Assembly (NCBI GenBank): GCA_964357615.1
Contig: CAYHMC010000006.1
Location: 7,144-71,143, forward strand
Source of the DNA: an uncultured Candidatus Saccharibacteria bacterium
GTDB lineage: Bacteria; Patescibacteriota; Minisyncoccia; UBA6257; JACOXY01
Direction of reading: 5' to 3'
Length of the DNA stretch: 64,000 nucleotides
Position numbers and translations under genes: made by a program. The stretch's first letter is position 1; the number at the start of each line of letters is the position of its first letter. The notes under the pieces are model-generated. The model searched no databases and had not been told where the DNA came from. It saw only the letters and a list, made by a program, of their open reading frames with translations. This document shows positions 38,683-47,329 of the stretch, piece by piece.

Positions 38683-40086
38683 CTACTTTAACTTTTTTGT
38701 CAAATAATTTTCTAGTTCTTTTATTTCAATCCTTTCTTGAGCCATAGTGTCTCTATCTCTCACCGTTACTGCATTATCTTTAAGCGAATCAAAATCAACC
38801 GTTACACAATATGGGGTTCCAATTTCGTCTTGTCGTCGATAACGCTTACCAATGCTTTGCGTTTCGTCGTATTGGCACATCCAGTTTTTATTTAATGTTC
38901 GTAAAATTTCTTCCGCAGGCTTTGTTAGTTCTTCTTTTTTAGAAAGTGGCAAAATTGCAACTTTAATTGGCGCAATTGCTTTGGGCAGTCTTAAAGTTAC
39001 TTCTTTTTCATGTACTGCATCTTCTTTGCCAGACCTTGCATCGGATTCCGAATAACATGAGAGTAATACCGCAAGCACTGTTCTATCCACACCCAAAGAT
39101 GGCTCAATTACATGTGGTAAAAATTTTTCATTTGAAATTGGGTCCTTATATTCCAAATTTTCTCCAGAAAATTTCTGATGTTGACCCAGATCGTAGTCCC
39201 CTCTATATGCAAGACCATATAATTCTTTTTGTCCAAAGGGGTATTCAAATTCAAAGTCGATTGTACGCTTAGAATAAAACGCTCTATCTTCTTCTCCTAT
39301 TTCATTTTCTTTTACACGACTTTCATCGATACCCACAGCCTTAATCCATCTCTTCATTTCTCCTAACCAATGTTCAAATTGCTTTTTCCAGTCTTCTGGT
39401 TTAATGAAATATTCAATTTCCATCTGCTCAAATTCGCGAGTACGAAAAATAAAATTTCCAGGAGTAATTTCATTCCTAAAGGCTTTACCGATTTGAGCAA
39501 CGCCAAATGGAATTCTCTGTCGCGAAGTCTCTAGAATTTGTTTAAAATCTACAAAAATTGCTTGAGCTGTTTCTGGTCGGAAATATACCTCATTTGCTTT
39601 TTCTTCTGCAGGACCAAGAAAAGTTTTTAGCATTAAGTTAAATTGTTTAGGCTTTGTAAAATGCTCTTCAATTTTAAAGCTCCCCACAGCAATTTTAGGA
39701 TGATGCTTAAGCCAATGTGCCCCCGTTTCTCTTGTTGCTTCTGGTGAATAGGGATCATCGCAACGAAATCTTTCATGGCATTCTTCACACTCAACCAATG
39801 GATCTGAAAAATTTCCAAGATGCCCCGATGCCTCCCACACCTTTGGATTCATTATTAAAGCCGCATCTAGCCCAACCATATCAGCGCGTTCTTGAACAAA
39901 CATTTTCCACCAAAGCTTTTTTATATTATTTTTCAGCTCAACTCCCAAAGGACCGTAATCCCAGGAATTTTGTAATCCTCCATAAATTTCTGAGCCAGGA
40001 AAAATAAAACCTCTCCTTTTTGCCAAAGAAATTACTTTATCCATTAGGTCGCTTTCATTTTCAATTTTTTGATTTTTTTTAGCCAT
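38683..40086 (-). CDS. glyQS: glycine--tRNA ligase (dimeric class II type)
   Basis: 467 aa with a GlyRS N-terminal signature (FIFPGSEIYGGLQNSWDYGPLG) and an anticodon-binding C-terminus. Confidence 0.85.
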   Translation of the reverse strand: MAKKNQKIENESDLMDKVISLAKRRGFIFPGSEIYGGLQNSWDYGPLGVELKNNIKKLWWKMFVQERADMVGLDAALIMNPKVWEASGHLGNFSDPLVECEECHERFRCDDPYSPEATRETGAHWLKHHPKIAVGSFKIEEHFTKPKQFNLMLKTFLGPAEEKANEVYFRPETAQAIFVDFKQILETSRQRIPFGVAQIGKAFRNEITPGNFIFRTREFEQMEIEYFIKPEDWKKQFEHWLGEMKRWIKAVGIDESRVKENEIGEEDRAFYSKRTIDFEFEYPFGQKELYGLAYRGDYDLGQHQKFSGENLEYKDPISNEKFLPHVIEPSLGVDRTVLAVLLSCYSESDARSGKEDAVHEKEVTLRLPKAIAPIKVAILPLSKKEELTKPAEEILRTLNKNWMCQYDETQSIGKRYRRQDEIGTPYCVTVDFDSLKDNAVTVRDRDTMAQERIEIKELENYLTKKLK

Positions 40087-40087
40087 T

Positions 40088-42022
40088 TTATGGTCTTACT
40101 CTTACATCTGCAAATTTTAGCGTTGGATCATTATTATTTAAAGTTGTATCAAAATTTGGCGCGCTACTATTTAATTGAACATTAGTAAACAAATCAAGGG
40201 CTGTTATAGAAGTCTCGCCAATTAACGGCATAATTGTATCTGCTTGATTTACGGCTGGAAGAGCTTCAATTTGAAATATTCCTTCAATTGGCTCACCTAA
40301 GACTCCACGCGCAGCTTGAATCTTAGAAATATTCCATACTATTTCTTGAGTTCTATCATTATAAATTGGCGTAGTTTCTATATTACTTTTTACAATTCCA
40401 GTTCCCCTAACTCCAGGTTTTAAAAATGCTCGTATTTCGATATTTGAAACATCGGTTGCGTAATTGGTTATCACCCAATGAACAGTATAATTTGTTGCTG
40501 TATTAACCTTAGGTGGCATTGGTCCGCGATTTACAATGCCAGAAGCCGCATCTCTAAACAACCCAAGTGACTTTATTTTAATTTTACCAGCAACTTTTGT
40601 AGTTAATGAATCAATGCTTATAGTTCTCTCTGAATCAACAAAAGACGGCACTGTTGGAGAATCAATCTGCGCATCAACTTTGAGAGTATAATTCTTATCA
40701 CTTAAGAGCGCAATTGGAAAATCATCCAAAATATTAACCTTAAAATTAATAGAGCCGGATGCCCCTGGAGCAAGAAGACCAAGCGACTCTAATCTAGATT
40801 TATTCCAAGTAAGTTCATGAGTTACAGAATTAAAATCAACACTTGTATCAATTGACTCAAAATCAAACATCACGCCGATTAATTTGGCTTTAAGAACAAC
40901 ATCTTGAAATCCTATATCAGTATTATTTTTAAATTGAAGAGTATAGTTAATGCTCCCGCCCGGCTTTATAACATTTTCAATATTTGTGTCCGCTAATACC
41001 GTGATTGAAAGTGGTGGTGGTGAAACAGAAATTGATACAGATTTTTCGGTAACAACATATTCGCTAGATAAATTTTTAGATATTAATTTAATTTTAATTT
41101 CAAAGAATGAATCGGCTTGCGCAATAACGCTACCCTGAACTGTTATTATGTTTGACGAACCTGGCCTTAAATCTCCTAGTCTCCAAATGTTATCCCCAAG
41201 GTCTGGCTTTGTTGATGCATTTTGAAAAGTATAATTTTGTGGATATTCAATCCTAAGCTCAAGATTTTTTAGAGATTCCTGTGAAATATTTTTGTAGTCA
41301 ATTTTTAAATCGAAAGTTTCATTGCTATAAACTTGGTTCGGATTAAATATATTTAAGGCCACTGCCGAACCACCTATACAAACACTTCTGGTTACACTCT
41401 TATCAAAACTAGATGCAACACCTGTCGAATTATATTTAATATTTGTAGTAATGTCTGCGCAAGTTCCTTCACCTCTCATGGCAGTAAGCTTTATAACCTG
41501 CTGTCCTGTATTGCCTGGACCAACTGTTCCAATGTCTTCTGTTTTTATTCTGCTAGAATTATTTTCACCAACAAATGTAAACTCTGGGGGAAGTGTTAGT
41601 GATAATTTTGCATTACTTAAAACAGAAGGAGAATTATTGCCATATTTTATAGTTACATCAAACGGAACTCCTGCTAAAACTGGTTCGTCCAGTGATACTT
41701 GAAGCGAAACTCCACTATATGTAAAAGCTTGATAAACAAAATAACCAGCAACCAAGACTACTCCCGTAGCTATCCAAACTATTCCCCAAAAAATAATTTT
41801 CTTAACAGGAAATCTATCTATTCCAAGCACATCACTAAAATCAGTTCTCCCGCCAGGCTTAGTTCCTCCCCACACAGATGGAATAAAATTTTGATCCTTT
41901 GCTTTCTTATCTTTGTCTTCCTTATTCTTTAAGCTTAATTTTTCCTCCTCTTCATCCCCATCAGCTGGATCAACTTTCTTATCAACCATATAAAGTTTTT
42001 TTTCTAGTTCTTCAAAAGCCAT
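40088..42022 (-). CDS. large membrane-anchored extracytoplasmic protein with repeated beta-rich domains, unknown function
   Basis: 644 aa. A charged N-terminus, one TM segment, then a long Asn/Ser/Thr-rich ectodomain. Confidence 0.5.
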   Translation of the reverse strand: MAFEELEKKLYMVDKKVDPADGDEEEEKLSLKNKEDKDKKAKDQNFIPSVWGGTKPGGRTDFSDVLGIDRFPVKKIIFWGIVWIATGVVLVAGYFVYQAFTYSGVSLQVSLDEPVLAGVPFDVTIKYGNNSPSVLSNAKLSLTLPPEFTFVGENNSSRIKTEDIGTVGPGNTGQQVIKLTAMRGEGTCADITTNIKYNSTGVASSFDKSVTRSVCIGGSAVALNIFNPNQVYSNETFDLKIDYKNISQESLKNLELRIEYPQNYTFQNASTKPDLGDNIWRLGDLRPGSSNIITVQGSVIAQADSFFEIKIKLISKNLSSEYVVTEKSVSISVSPPPLSITVLADTNIENVIKPGGSINYTLQFKNNTDIGFQDVVLKAKLIGVMFDFESIDTSVDFNSVTHELTWNKSRLESLGLLAPGASGSINFKVNILDDFPIALLSDKNYTLKVDAQIDSPTVPSFVDSERTISIDSLTTKVAGKIKIKSLGLFRDAASGIVNRGPMPPKVNTATNYTVHWVITNYATDVSNIEIRAFLKPGVRGTGIVKSNIETTPIYNDRTQEIVWNISKIQAARGVLGEPIEGIFQIEALPAVNQADTIMPLIGETSITALDLFTNVQLNSSAPNFDTTLNNNDPTLKFADVRVRP

Positions 42023-42028
42023 AATCTA

Positions 42029-42556
42029 CTATTTTAAATATGTAACTAATTTTTTAGGAATACTAAAACTGCAATTTTCGCACATAAATTCTTGATCTGG
42101 ATGATAAAGCGTTACGGCCGGCGAGTTACAATTTACACAAGACTGCTCGCCACCAAACCCACACAAAGTTAATATTGCTTTTTTATCCGTATTTCCAGTT
42201 AACAAAAAATTCCAAAGTGTTTGATCAGCTTGAGACAAAAGCATCATCTGAGATACCATTTCTAAAAAGGTGTGGTCGATAAATATACGATGATCCAAAA
42301 GGGCATCTACAACTTGAAAATGTGACCTATTCCCCAAAGTTCCTTTTTTTGCCACCAATCTTATTTGAGAAAGAAGTCCAGGCTCAAGATGCGCCGAAAG
42401 TCTTGATGTAATTTTTCTAACACTTGTGGCTCTAGCGGTAACCTTGCCCACATCTTTAGTAAAAAAAGTATAGGTAGCATTAAAATCGCCCAGTGGTTCT
42501 TTTTTAAGAATAATAGCCTCGGTTACAAAATCTAACATACATAAATTATAGCACAA
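42029..42556 (-). CDS. recO: DNA repair protein RecO-like
   Basis: 175 aa. An N-terminal OB-fold-like region (EAIILKKEPLGDFNATYTFFT) and a C-terminal CxxC...CxxC zinc finger. Confidence 0.5.
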   Translation of the reverse strand: MCYNLCMLDFVTEAIILKKEPLGDFNATYTFFTKDVGKVTARATSVRKITSRLSAHLEPGLLSQIRLVAKKGTLGNRSHFQVVDALLDHRIFIDHTFLEMVSQMMLLSQADQTLWNFLLTGNTDKKAILTLCGFGGEQSCVNCNSPAVTLYHPDQEFMCENCSFSIPKKLVTYLK

Positions 42557-42606
42557 TCAAAAAAACCGAAGATATTAATATAAAAATAAACTGATATAAT
42601 AAAAAT

Positions 42607-43077
42607 ATGATAGAAATCTATGCTCATGAACATCCGAAAAGTGAAAATGAATTAAGTATTTTTCTAGCTGGTCCAAGCCCGAGAGGAAAAGAAGATTACA
42701 ACTGGAGAATTAAAGCACTAGAATACTTAAACAATAAAAAGTTTAAAGGAATGGTCTATATTCCCCTACCAAAAGACAATAATTGGTTAGAAAATTATGA
42801 CGCACAAATTGATTGGGAGCTTATGTACTTAAACAAAGCGAATGCTATAGCCTTCTGGATTCCTCGTGACCTTGTTCATCTTCCAGGATTTACGACCAAT
42901 GTTGAATTTGGAATGTTTTTAAAATCGGACAAAATTGTTTTAGGATACCCAAAAAATGCAAGAAAAATGCGCTATCTTCACTACCTAGCAAATCTCAATA
43001 ATGTTCCTGTTTTTGATACCCTAGAAGAAACATTGGATAGTTCAATTTTTTTAGCAAATAAAAAATCCGCCATTTAA
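42607..43077 (+). CDS. nucleoside 2-deoxyribosyltransferase-like (Rossmann-like) protein
   Basis: An IFLAGPSP N-terminal motif and TNVEFGMF are characteristic of the PF05014-like fold. Confidence 0.5.
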   Translation: MIEIYAHEHPKSENELSIFLAGPSPRGKEDYNWRIKALEYLNNKKFKGMVYIPLPKDNNWLENYDAQIDWELMYLNKANAIAFWIPRDLVHLPGFTTNVEFGMFLKSDKIVLGYPKNARKMRYLHYLANLNNVPVFDTLEETLDSSIFLANKKSAI

Positions 43078-43115
43078 AATAGCGGATTAACTTTGTTGTT
43101 AGGAAACCATCATTA

Positions 43116-43457
43116 TTACCATCTAGAAAAACTTACTTCAAAATCAGGAAATGCCAGCTTAATCATTCGAACAGTTTGTTCTCTATCGGGCTCTACTCCA
43201 TATTCACCACTCAAATCATATACACGAATTACTTTATTGCTTGAATTCATATTAATTCTACCACCACCAAGACACACAACGCCTACAGCAATTCCATTTA
43301 ATTCTCGTTTCAATAAAGAAAATATATCTTTGTGGTACTTACACCACACATCACCTCTTACAACTATCTTCTTGTTGTCGCCACCAATTACTTCGGCAAC
43401 TATATATTTTTGATCACAATCAGCATCTATAACTACTTCCTTTATGCCTTCGAGCAT
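43116..43457 (-). CDS. conserved hypothetical protein, 113 aa (intact paralog of the poly-G interrupted gene at 46393-46732)
   Basis: MLEGIKEVVIDADCDQKYIVAEV...VCLGGGRINMNSSNKVIRVYDLSGEYGVEPDREQT... It aligns with the 46526-46732 ORF and its frameshifted continuation. Confidence 0.55.
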   Translation of the reverse strand: MLEGIKEVVIDADCDQKYIVAEVIGGDNKKIVVRGDVWCKYHKDIFSLLKRELNGIAVGVVCLGGGRINMNSSNKVIRVYDLSGEYGVEPDREQTVRMIKLAFPDFEVSFSRW

Positions 43458-43579
43458 TACTAACTGCCCTTCTTGGAGTTAATTTTCTATTACTTTAATT
43501 TTTTTAACATAACAATTACATTTTTGTCAAATTAAATTATCGAATAAAAAACCGTTCAAAAATTGAACGGGAATCGTAA

Positions 43580-43879
43580 CTATCTATCCGCAGAAGAAAA
43601 ACTTAAACAAAGTGTTTCTGATAGAGTGTCATTGCCTCTTGTGCACCTAACCCCAATTGATCTCATGTTTTTAATATCATCACAATCTTTGGGCTCAAAG
43701 ATTACAGTGCTTGCAAAGACACATTCAGTGCATTGGCAAAAACATCTTGGCTCTTTTTTGTATTGCTTAATTTCAATTTCAAAACTTAATCTATCACCCA
43801 AAAGATGAACGCGATGACGCCCAGTTGCTCTTAATTGATTATCTATAACAGCTAATTCCTTAGTTATTAGTGTGCGCAT
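43580..43879 (-). CDS. hypothetical Cys-rich protein
   Basis: 99-aa ORF with a CFCQCTEC cluster. The competing plus-strand 81-aa ORF is judged less likely. Weak call. Confidence 0.3.
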   Translation of the reverse strand: MRTLITKELAVIDNQLRATGRHRVHLLGDRLSFEIEIKQYKKEPRCFCQCTECVFASTVIFEPKDCDDIKNMRSIGVRCTRGNDTLSETLCLSFSSADR

Positions 43880-44019
43880 TTCAAGTCCTTATTTAAAACA
43901 CAAATATCTGAATCAAAGATATCATATAGTTATTAAATTTACAAAATGAAAAATAAAAAACCCGCAAAAGGTTTTAGGATATAGCGGGTCGGCAATAATT
44001 TTGCCTATATATTTTTAAA

Positions 44020-44550
44020 CTAAATAGAAAGAGCATCGCGAAATGAGCAAAGCCCATCCCTTGAAAGCTGATGGGCCGTAACGATATCTTCGATACGCGC
44101 CTTAAGCCCAACTCTAATGTCTTCCTCGTCTCTTATTCCACACGAGAGCATAACGGCAATTTTCAATCGATTGCCACCAACAAGAATTGGCGCCAATGCC
44201 GTAATGAAAAAGGGCATGCCACTAACTTCCTTTGACATACGCTCGAAAAATGTAAGCGTCTCACCAACTATTAGCTCGCTGAAGTTTTCGCCTGCCTCTG
44301 TGTAGAGACAGGCAAGCTCGACGACTGGTCGCATTTCCAGAGCAGTTCCCTCGAAAATCGCGGTGTCGAGACAAGAAAGTACCTGCGTCTGCACCTTGAT
44401 TCGAGTTTCACTCATCTCTACAACCTTTCCACCAAAGCCAAGCTCAACCCTTGCAAGGTGAAGCATTGCTTCGTGTGAGTCGTCGAATGTTCTGGGGTTT
44501 TGTTCGAAATGCTCCCCATCCCTATCTCGATACTGCGTTACCGTAATCAT
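44020..44550 (-). CDS. hypothetical protein (GC-rich island gene)
   Basis: 176-aa ORF with GC content well above the genome background. Confidence 0.45.
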   Translation of the reverse strand: MITVTQYRDRDGEHFEQNPRTFDDSHEAMLHLARVELGFGGKVVEMSETRIKVQTQVLSCLDTAIFEGTALEMRPVVELACLYTEAGENFSELIVGETLTFFERMSKEVSGMPFFITALAPILVGGNRLKIAVMLSCGIRDEEDIRVGLKARIEDIVTAHQLSRDGLCSFRDALSI

Positions 44551-44580
44551 CGCACCCTCCTTTCTGAATCCACTCTTAAG

Positions 44581-44949
44581 TCATGACAGTTTGGTAAAAT
44601 GACCATCTTCTGATGTAACTCCCTCTGGTCCAATCTGCAATATCCAGTCATTGATTTCAATAAAAACGCTGGGTGAATTAGCCTGTTTTGTAAGCTCGTG
44701 AAATTTAAACCACAAATCAATAATCCCGTAGTGTGGAGAAGCTTGAGCAACACTCTCATAAGTATAAGGATTATCCCTGCTCCCATCACCTTCTATTGAA
44801 TAACTTTCGCTATATCGACGATTTTCATAAAGATGGTCGATACTACTTGGAGCAAGAATAGTTACTCCACCACTACTCGACTTACTTAGTGGAATAAAAA
44901 CATGGATACTCGGTACAGCTCTTCGAATCTGCGCGAAACTTGCAGTCAT
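44581..44949 (-). CDS. hypothetical protein (GC-rich island gene)
   Basis: 122-aa ORF. The upstream promoter-like TTGACAAAAATG motif is shared with the 43457 gene. Confidence 0.4.
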   Translation of the reverse strand: MTASFAQIRRAVPSIHVFIPLSKSSSGGVTILAPSSIDHLYENRRYSESYSIEGDGSRDNPYTYESVAQASPHYGIIDLWFKFHELTKQANSPSVFIEINDWILQIGPEGVTSEDGHFTKLS

Positions 44950-45158
44950 CGCTTGATTCTTTCTTGACTAAGCTTAGATATAATTTATGCTTTAAATAAA
45001 TTATCATAAAAATGCATTTTTGTCAAATTTAATATATAAATACTGCTTAAACTACTTCGCATCACAAAAAACCACTGAAATTAATAACGATAAATATATA
45101 TTGACAAACGATAAACAATAAATTAAGATAAAAGTATTATAATTTATAAAAACCAATA

Positions 45159-45641
45159 ATGAAAAAAAGTTCAATAATATTTCTTCAGCTAGTCATTGTG
45201 CTCATTGGCGTCGGAGCTGGTGCCCTCCTGCTTTGGGAACCTCAGCTCGAAGGCGTAAACGCAAACGCCACTACGCTCTATCAGATATATTTCGACGATC
45301 CTTTTTTGGCGCTTGTATACATCGGTTCGATTCCTTTTTTCTTAGCGCTCTACCAAGCATTCAAGGTATTGGGATACATTGGACAAAATAAAATATTCAC
45401 ACTAAATTCCGTTAAAGCTATGCGAACTATAAAATATTGTGCGATAGCCATCATTAGTTTTGTTGTAATAGAGGAAATTTTCATAATGTTAAACCACGGT
45501 GATGATGATGCTGCTGGTGCGATTGCTATAGGAATCCTCATAACCTTTAGTTCAATTGTAATTGCAACTGCCACAGCCATATTCGAAAAACTTTTACAAA
45601 ATGCTGTTGATTTAAAATCCGAAAATGACCTAACTGTTTAA
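45159..45641 (+). CDS. DUF2975-like membrane protein
   Basis: 160 aa with four TM segments, followed by a small XRE HTH gene (a conserved gene pair). Confidence 0.6.
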   Translation: MKKSSIIFLQLVIVLIGVGAGALLLWEPQLEGVNANATTLYQIYFDDPFLALVYIGSIPFFLALYQAFKVLGYIGQNKIFTLNSVKAMRTIKYCAIAIISFVVIEEIFIMLNHGDDDAAGAIAIGILITFSSIVIATATAIFEKLLQNAVDLKSENDLTV

Positions 45642-45645
45642 ACAT

Positions 45646-45849
45646 ATGGCAATTATCATAAACATCGACATTATGTTAGCTAAGCGAAAAATGAGCGTCA
45701 CCGAACTCGCCCTTAAAGTCGGAATTACAATGGCTAATATTTCTGTATTAAAAAACGGAAAAGCGAAGGCTATCCGATTATCAACATTAGAGGCGATTTG
45801 CAAAGCGTTAGAGTGCCAGCCCGGAGATATTTTAGAATATAAAAAATAA
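45646..45849 (+). CDS. XRE-family helix-turn-helix transcriptional regulator
   Basis: 67 aa with an LAKRKMSVTELALKVGITMANISVLKNGK HTH. Confidence 0.75.
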   Translation: MAIIINIDIMLAKRKMSVTELALKVGITMANISVLKNGKAKAIRLSTLEAICKALECQPGDILEYKK

Positions 45850-45909
45850 AAAGTATTACCTTTAAATCTCCATCGATATCAAAAAGATATTTTTATTTCA
45901 TACGCTAGC

Positions 45910-46026
45910 GGAGGAGGAAGGATTGAACGCACTCACCTTGTTCGCTTCACAAAACCCACGGTTTCGTGAACTTCCTACACGGGAAAACTAGAGTTTTCCC
46001 GACCCCTTTCCTGTTCGAATCCTTCC
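45910..46026 (-). ncRNA. tRNA-linked structured element, copy 1 (candidate novel ncRNA or mini mobile element), immediately 3' of tRNA-Ser
   Basis: Bounded by an inverted copy (46013-46026) and a direct copy (45910-45928) of the tRNA-Ser T-arm/acceptor 3' end. Internal conserved hairpins at 45950-45968 and 45981-46000. Paralogous to 46991-47135. Confidence 0.5.
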
Positions 46027-46060
46027 ATTAAAAAATAGCATAAAGCCATTTTTTAATTTG

Positions 46061-46147
46061 CGGAGGAGGAAGGATTCGAACCTTCGATACCATTTCTGGC
46101 ATACCTGATTTCGAGTCAGGCCCATTCGGCCACTCTGGCACTCCTCC
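46061..46147 (-). tRNA. tRNA-Ser (anticodon CGA), type II with long variable arm
   Basis: Reverse complement reads GGAGGAGTGCCAGAGTGGCCGAATGGGCCTGACTCGAAATCAGG...GAAGGTTCGAATCCTTCCTCCTCCG. Anticodon loop is CTCGAAA. Confidence 0.85.
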
Positions 46148-46255
46148 AAAGATTAGTTTTAGTTTATATCAAATAAAATAATAAAAAAAGCGCCAGAAAA
46201 AGCACAGCGCGTACTTAGTAATAAAAGTTCTAAATCTCAATAAAATTAAACAAAA

Positions 46256-46277
46256 GTCCGACCCTTTCGAATCGGAC
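46256..46277 (-). terminator. terminator hairpin GTCCGA-N10-TCGGAC downstream of the 46393-46732 gene
   Basis: A 6-bp GC-rich stem followed by a T-rich run on the minus strand. Confidence 0.45.
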
Positions 46278-46392
46278 GAGGTTCTGCTCCCTCTAGGCTC
46301 TCCATTCATTTTACAGATGAACGGGGACAACTAACTGATTTCCCTTGTTATTTGGGAAACTAAGAAAAGGCAGCGCTATTCATCCGCGACTG

Positions 46393-46732
46393 CTACCACC
46401 CAACCTGGAACTCGGGAAACGCCACTTGAAGCATCTTGGCAGTCTGCTCTCGGTCCGGCTCCATTCGGTAATCAGTGCTCCTATCCCAAATGCGGATTGC
46501 CTTCACCGCGGGATTAATCGCGATTCTACCCCCCCCCAATACATCGAGCTCTCAGACCTTTCGGCTGAACCTCTTCACAAAGTTTCTCGAGAATATCTCG
46601 GTGATATTCGCAATCCTTATTGGCACGGATCACTACCTTTGATGCGCCGATTCCGTCGGTGACTTCGGCGACGATGAACTTATAGCCACCAGTGGAATCG
46701 ATAACTACTTCCTGTAGGGTTTCAAGATTCAT
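46393..46732 (-). pseudogene. poly-G interrupted (candidate phase-variable) paralog of the 43116-43457 gene; currently truncated after CIGGG by a G9 tract
   Basis: The 46526-46732 ORF ends ...CIGGG-stop at a nine-G run (C9 on plus, 46539-46547). With 8 or 11 G the frame continues as RIAINPAVKAIRIWDRSTDYRMEPDREQTAKMLQVAFPEFQVGW-stop (to 46393), which aligns with the intact paralog. Confidence 0.65.
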
Positions 46733-46990
46733 CAGCCTTCTCCTTTGTTGTGGTGTTAAGTGCTAGACATAAAGCTTCTATCATTAATTATAACAAATTA
46801 TTATCTATATGTCAAGAGTAATAAAAATAACCTTATTTCAGGCCAATTTTGTATAGCTCTTATAATTAAAACTTTTGCACCCCAATTGCAATCATCAATA
46901 AGTTTTTGCTTCCAGAAATTCAATTCGAAATAACCACCAAACGAAACGAAACGAGACTAGGTTAATTAAAGCTCTTTGATTTTTCCTACG

Positions 46991-47135
46991 TGGTGCCCTC
47001 GAGAGGAATCTCACGCGCTCTTCGCCTCCGCCAGTCGGCGGATGGCGAATCGCTTTACGAAACCCACGGTTTCGTAAACTTCCTACACGGAGGGGAACTA
47101 TCCCCTCCGACCCTCCCCTAGTTCTATTCCTCTCG
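46991..47135 (-). ncRNA. tRNA-linked structured element, copy 2, immediately 3' of tRNA-Arg; 3' end mimics tRNA-Arg acceptor with encoded CCA
   Basis: Inverted copy (47121-47135) and direct copy (46991-47010, ...GATTCCTCTCGAGGGCACCA) of the tRNA-Arg 3' end. Hairpins at 47057-47075 and 47089-47108, plus an extra GC hairpin at 47023-47047. Confidence 0.5.
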
Positions 47136-47164
47136 ATGACAAAAAATATTCAACTGAAGCCATG

Positions 47165-47236
47165 TGCCCTCGAGAGGAATCGAACCTCTATTTTATCCTT
47201 AGGACGGATCTATTCTATCCATTGAATTACGAGGGC
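47165..47236 (-). tRNA. tRNA-Arg (anticodon CCT)
   Basis: Reverse complement reads GCCCTCGTAATTCAATGGATAGAAT...GATCCGTCCTAAGGATA...AGAGGTTCGATTCCTCTCGAGGGCA. Anticodon loop GTCCTAA, discriminator A. Confidence 0.8.
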
Positions 47237-47329
47237 AATGAATTCAGCTTACAATTTTATTATCAATTTATCAAATCAATTTTTGCCTAAATGTTTGCAC
47301 ATGGTTGAGTGCTGGAGTACAATGAATAA

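Noticed and set aside
46345-46662. Plus-strand 105-aa ORF across the poly-C tract
   Set aside because: It is antisense to the paralog-supported minus-strand gene and has no similarity to anything recognisable.
45910-47135. Retron msr/msd or integron attC as explanations for the tRNA-linked elements
   Set aside because: For a retron there is no RT within several kb (the only RT is the DGR RT about 36 kb away, with its own TR). For an integron attC, the flanking repeats are copies of the adjacent tRNA 3' end rather than R/L core sites, and no intI is nearby.
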